Made by a program: the position numbers and the translations under genes
NCBI GenBank assembly: GCA_016781925.1
Contig: JADDPH010000091.1
Location: 33,017 to 97,016 of the forward strand
DNA: 64,000 bases
From: Sphaerobacteraceae bacterium
GTDB taxonomy: Bacteria; Chloroflexota; Chloroflexia; Thermomicrobiales; UBA6265
Direction of reading: 5' to 3'
Notes under the pieces: model-generated
Databases searched by the model: none
Seen by the model: only the letters and a program-made list of their open reading frames with translations
What the model was told of the DNA's origin: nothing
Part shown: positions 60,945 through 64,000 of the stretch, one piece after another
Layout: each line of letters starts with the position of its first letter
Position numbering within the stretch: the stretch's first letter is position 1

Positions 60945-62021
60945 ATGTCTGTTCCAGGCCCCACGACCCAGTTACCCTCCTCCGCTCCATCGCTCGATCT
61001 CGAGCGGTACGCTCGCCAAACCATTCTTCCTACGATCGGCGCCGAGGGGCAGGGCAAGCTCCTCAACAGCCGGGTCCTCGTGGTGGGCTGTGGGGCTCTG
61101 GGAAGTGCCAGCGCCAACCTGCTGGCTCGGGCAGGGATTGGCCACCTCACGATTGTCGACCGTGATTACGTCGAGCTGAGCAACCTCCAACGTCAGGTTT
61201 TGTTCGATGAGACTGACGTACGAGATAGAATCCCCAAGGCAGCGGCGGCGGCCGAAAAGCTGCAGCGCATCAACAACGACGTGGTGATCGAAGGGATCAT
61301 CACCGACTTGAATGCCGGCAATGTCGAACGATTGGCGTCCGGCGCCGATGTGATCGTGGACGGTTTAGATAACTTCGAGACGCGATACCTCCTCAACGAT
61401 GTTGCGGTGAAGCATGGCATCCCGTGGGTTTATGGTGGGGTCATTGCCAGCTATGGGATGACCATGACCATCCGTCCTGGGTCATCGCCGTGCTTGCGCT
61501 GCGTCTTTCCTGAGCCGCCCCCGGCCGGCTCCGCCCCCACCTGCGACACCGCCGGCGTCATTGGACCAGCGGTGGAAACGGTCGCCGCCATCCAGGCCGC
61601 CGAGGTGATGAAGCTCGTCGTCGGGGACATCGGTGCTCTCAACACCTCGCTCCTTGCCGTCGATCTCTGGCACATTTCCTTGGATCGGGTGCCGCTTCCG
61701 GCGCTCAACCCGTCCTGTCCCACCTGCGGCAGAAGGGACTTCACGTTCCTGGACAACGCCACCCCGTCCCAGACGACGTCACTCTGCGGCCATGATGCCG
61801 TCCAGGTGCTTCCTCAGGGGGCTCAGAAGCTGGACCTTGGGGAGCTGCGGCGACGCCTCGACCCGGTAGGGGATACGACCGCGAACCGGTTCCTGCTCCG
61901 CTTCCGGCCGACAGGATCCGCTCATGAGTTGACCGTCTTCCCTGACGGCCGCGCCATCGTCAAGGGTACGACCGACTCCACCCAGGCCCGATCTCTGTAT
62001 GCCCGGTATATTGGGGCCTAG
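60945..62021 (+). CDS. ThiF/MoeB family adenylyltransferase (E1-like)
   Basis: RYARQ, VGCGALG, DYVELSNLQRQ, DNFETRY, CLRC...TCDTAG, CPTC. Confidence 0.93.
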   Translation: MSVPGPTTQLPSSAPSLDLERYARQTILPTIGAEGQGKLLNSRVLVVGCGALGSASANLLARAGIGHLTIVDRDYVELSNLQRQVLFDETDVRDRIPKAAAAAEKLQRINNDVVIEGIITDLNAGNVERLASGADVIVDGLDNFETRYLLNDVAVKHGIPWVYGGVIASYGMTMTIRPGSSPCLRCVFPEPPPAGSAPTCDTAGVIGPAVETVAAIQAAEVMKLVVGDIGALNTSLLAVDLWHISLDRVPLPALNPSCPTCGRRDFTFLDNATPSQTTSLCGHDAVQVLPQGAQKLDLGELRRRLDPVGDTTANRFLLRFRPTGSAHELTVFPDGRAIVKGTTDSTQARSLYARYIGA

Positions 62022-62027
62022 CCGCCA

Positions 62028-63185
62028 ATGATCTACCTGGACAACGCGGCGACGAGCTGGCCAAAACCTCCCTCCGTCTACGAGACACTCGGCTCCTTTC
62101 TCCAAACACTCGGGGCCAATCCAGGCCGGGCTGGTCACCGGATGGCCGCGGGGGCGGCTGCCGCCGTGGCCGATTGCCGGCTCCGGCTGGCTCGGCTCAT
62201 GAATGCCGAATCGCCGAACCATGTCGTCTTTGCCAGCAACGCCACAGATGCTTTGAACCTCGCGATCCGTGGTCTCCTCCGACCCGGCGACCAGGTCATT
62301 ACGAGCAGCATGGAACACAACTCCCTCGCTCGGCCGCTTCGATCGGTGGCGGAGCAGGGCGTCCGGGTCACGAAGGTTCTCTGCTCGCCTCAGGGCGTCA
62401 TCGATCGTGATGTCGTGGCTGCGGCCGTATCCCCACGGCTCCGCTTAATTGCGGTGACCCACGCCTCGAACGTCAATGGCGCCATCCAGCCGATTGAGGA
62501 TCTCGCAGAGATAGCTCGCCACCACAACGCCTTGCTCCTGGTGGACGGCGCGCAAACGCTTGGCGCCATGCCCATGGATGTCCAGTCCATGGGTATCGAT
62601 CTGCTCGCATTCCCCGGCCACAAGGGCCTGCTCGGCCCGCCGGGCACCGGCGGTCTCTACGTTGGGCCGCAGGTGGATTTGGCAACGTTCACGCCGCAAA
62701 GATCCGGCGGCACCGGCGTGCGCTCCGAAGACGACGCCCAGCCGCTGGAGCTCCCTCACCGGTACGAAAGCGGCACGTCCAACACGATCGGCATCGCCGG
62801 CCTCGCGGCAGGCGTGCGCTTCCTTGAGGAGCATGGCGTCCAGTCCATCCACCAACGGGAGTCCTCCCTCACGCGGCGATTGATCGCAGGGCTGGAAGCC
62901 ATTGAAGGCGTGCGAGTCTGCAATCCCCCGGCCGGGGCTCCTCAGGCCGCCGTGGTATCGTGCGTCGTGGACGGATGGAGCCCGGCCGATGTTGGCTCGG
63001 TGCTGGACCAGTCCTTTGACATCGCCTGCAGAACCGGCCTGCATTGCGCGCCGGACGCGTGTCGAACCATCGGGGCCTTCCCAGAAGGCACCGTTCGCTT
63101 GAGTCCGGGTTGCTTCACGACCGAAGACGAGATTGACGCGGCAATCGCAGCCGTTGCCGAGATCGCTTCGACGCCGTCCGCCTAA
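62028..63185 (+). CDS. Class V aminotransferase, cysteine desulfurase family
   Basis: IYLDNAATS, MEHNS, HASNV, VDGAQ, GHKGLLGP (PLP Lys), RTGLHCA. Confidence 0.92.
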   Translation: MIYLDNAATSWPKPPSVYETLGSFLQTLGANPGRAGHRMAAGAAAAVADCRLRLARLMNAESPNHVVFASNATDALNLAIRGLLRPGDQVITSSMEHNSLARPLRSVAEQGVRVTKVLCSPQGVIDRDVVAAAVSPRLRLIAVTHASNVNGAIQPIEDLAEIARHHNALLLVDGAQTLGAMPMDVQSMGIDLLAFPGHKGLLGPPGTGGLYVGPQVDLATFTPQRSGGTGVRSEDDAQPLELPHRYESGTSNTIGIAGLAAGVRFLEEHGVQSIHQRESSLTRRLIAGLEAIEGVRVCNPPAGAPQAAVVSCVVDGWSPADVGSVLDQSFDIACRTGLHCAPDACRTIGAFPEGTVRLSPGCFTTEDEIDAAIAAVAEIASTPSA

Positions 63186-63211
63186 CTGGTAACAGCCACG
63201 AGGGGGGCACT

Positions 63212-63661
63212 ATGAGCGGACCCAGTCAGCCCGAGGGAAACCAGCCGCATCGTCGGAGCCGGATGGAGGACGAGGTTCTCGAGATTCTCTATCGGACCGA
63301 CCAGCCGTCGTCCTTCGCCGATCATGTCCGGCGCAAGACGGCCCGCCAACGTCAGAGCCGCCTCTCGACAGTCTCCCGGTACCCCCGCCTCCTGCGGCAG
63401 ACCGGCCCGGGCACGATGCTCGTTGCCTCCATAGGCGCCGCGCTCCTTGCGATGCTCGTCAAGGACGCCTCGGCGATTCTGGCGACCCTCCTGGCTTTGG
63501 CGAGTGTTTCGTTGCTCCTCGCCCCGATTGTCGGTCGGTACCGTCGCCCGGGGCAATCCGATGTCAAGCGCTGGCGAGGCCGGGACATCGACCTCAGCCC
63601 GCCGCCGCCCGCCTGGGTCGGCTCACTCCGAGATCGCTTCCGCAAGCCCCCTCGCTTCTAG
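63212..63661 (+). CDS. Hypothetical membrane protein (two TM)
   Basis: GAGGGGGG SD; two hydrophobic helices; C-terminal KRWRGRDIDL. Confidence 0.7.
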   Translation: MSGPSQPEGNQPHRRSRMEDEVLEILYRTDQPSSFADHVRRKTARQRQSRLSTVSRYPRLLRQTGPGTMLVASIGAALLAMLVKDASAILATLLALASVSLLLAPIVGRYRRPGQSDVKRWRGRDIDLSPPPPAWVGSLRDRFRKPPRF

Positions 63662-63694
63662 AAAGGCGGCCCACCCAAAGGGTCCATGGCGGCA

Positions 63695-63723
63695 TTGCCG
63701 TCCTTTAGCCGCTGTGCTATCGT
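63695..63723 (+). promoter_or_regulatory. Promoter upstream of NUDIX gene
   Basis: TTGCCG-17 nt-TATCGT with TGn. Confidence 0.5.
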
Positions 63724-63861
63724 CCGCCACTCACGGATCGGTCCCGCTTGGCCTCAGGAGAGGGCGGGGGCTGCGTCACGAGGCGGATCACCTGTCGTGG
63801 CGCTCACTCTAGGTGGCCCGGTACTGGTGCTCCCTTTCGAATTGCCGCTCTGGAGAATCGG

Positions 63862-64000
63862 ATGCCTAATATCGCCTCCGATATCGTTGACGCCTACGTG
63901 TTCCGCAGGATCAATGCTCGCGTCCAGTTCCTCCTCTTCCTCCGGCGGCCCGATGTGCCGCTCGGTAACACCTGGCAGAGCATCCACGACAAGATTGAGC
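63862..64000 (+). CDS. NUDIX hydrolase family protein (partial, runs off window end)
   Basis: GGAGA SD; manual translation MPNIASDIVDAYVFRRINARVQFLLFLRRPDVPLGNTWQSIHDKIE resembles NudB-like N-termini. Confidence 0.7.
   Translation, partial: MPNIASDIVDAYVFRRINARVQFLLFLRRPDVPLGNTWQSIHDKIE

Overview
High-GC core chromosomal region, most consistent with a Chloroflexota (probably Thermomicrobia-like) bacterium; this taxonomy is inferred from gene content and protein style, not tested. It is densely packed with housekeeping genes: yebC, an rpoD-type sigma, fabF, holA, rpsT, murJ, lepA, mazG/yabN, aspS, murE, femX-like, tRNA-Asn, an aldehyde dehydrogenase, larE, Rrf2, opp/dpp ABC genes, pnp-rpsO, mtnP-rodA-pbpA, gyrB, plsX, HU, infC-rpmI-rplT, nusA-ylxR-infB-rbfA-DHH-truB-ribF, yvcK-gap-pgk-secG-tatA-lepB, nuoE/F-like, tyrA, and thiF/moeB with a cysteine desulfurase. 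I saw no CRISPR array, prophage, integrase or IS element. The best candidates for new biology are: (1) a tightly coupled six-gene minus-strand operon (an unlisted 42-aa ORF, a 610-aa putative multi-winged-helix protein, a HEAT protein, FemX, a MurE with an EDPR motif, and a secreted beta-propeller); (2) an orphan NuoE/F (HoxEF-like) flavin module with a rewired nucleotide pocket (GEET to GEGS) behind a Rex/CRP-like operator; (3) a NusA with a C-terminal extension resembling the transposase C-terminal beta-barrel; (4) a uORF plus terminator attenuator ahead of the sigma-70 gene; (5) a CymR-like Rrf2 coupled to an orphan three-Cys LarE. All family calls come from recognising motifs by eye; no searches were run.
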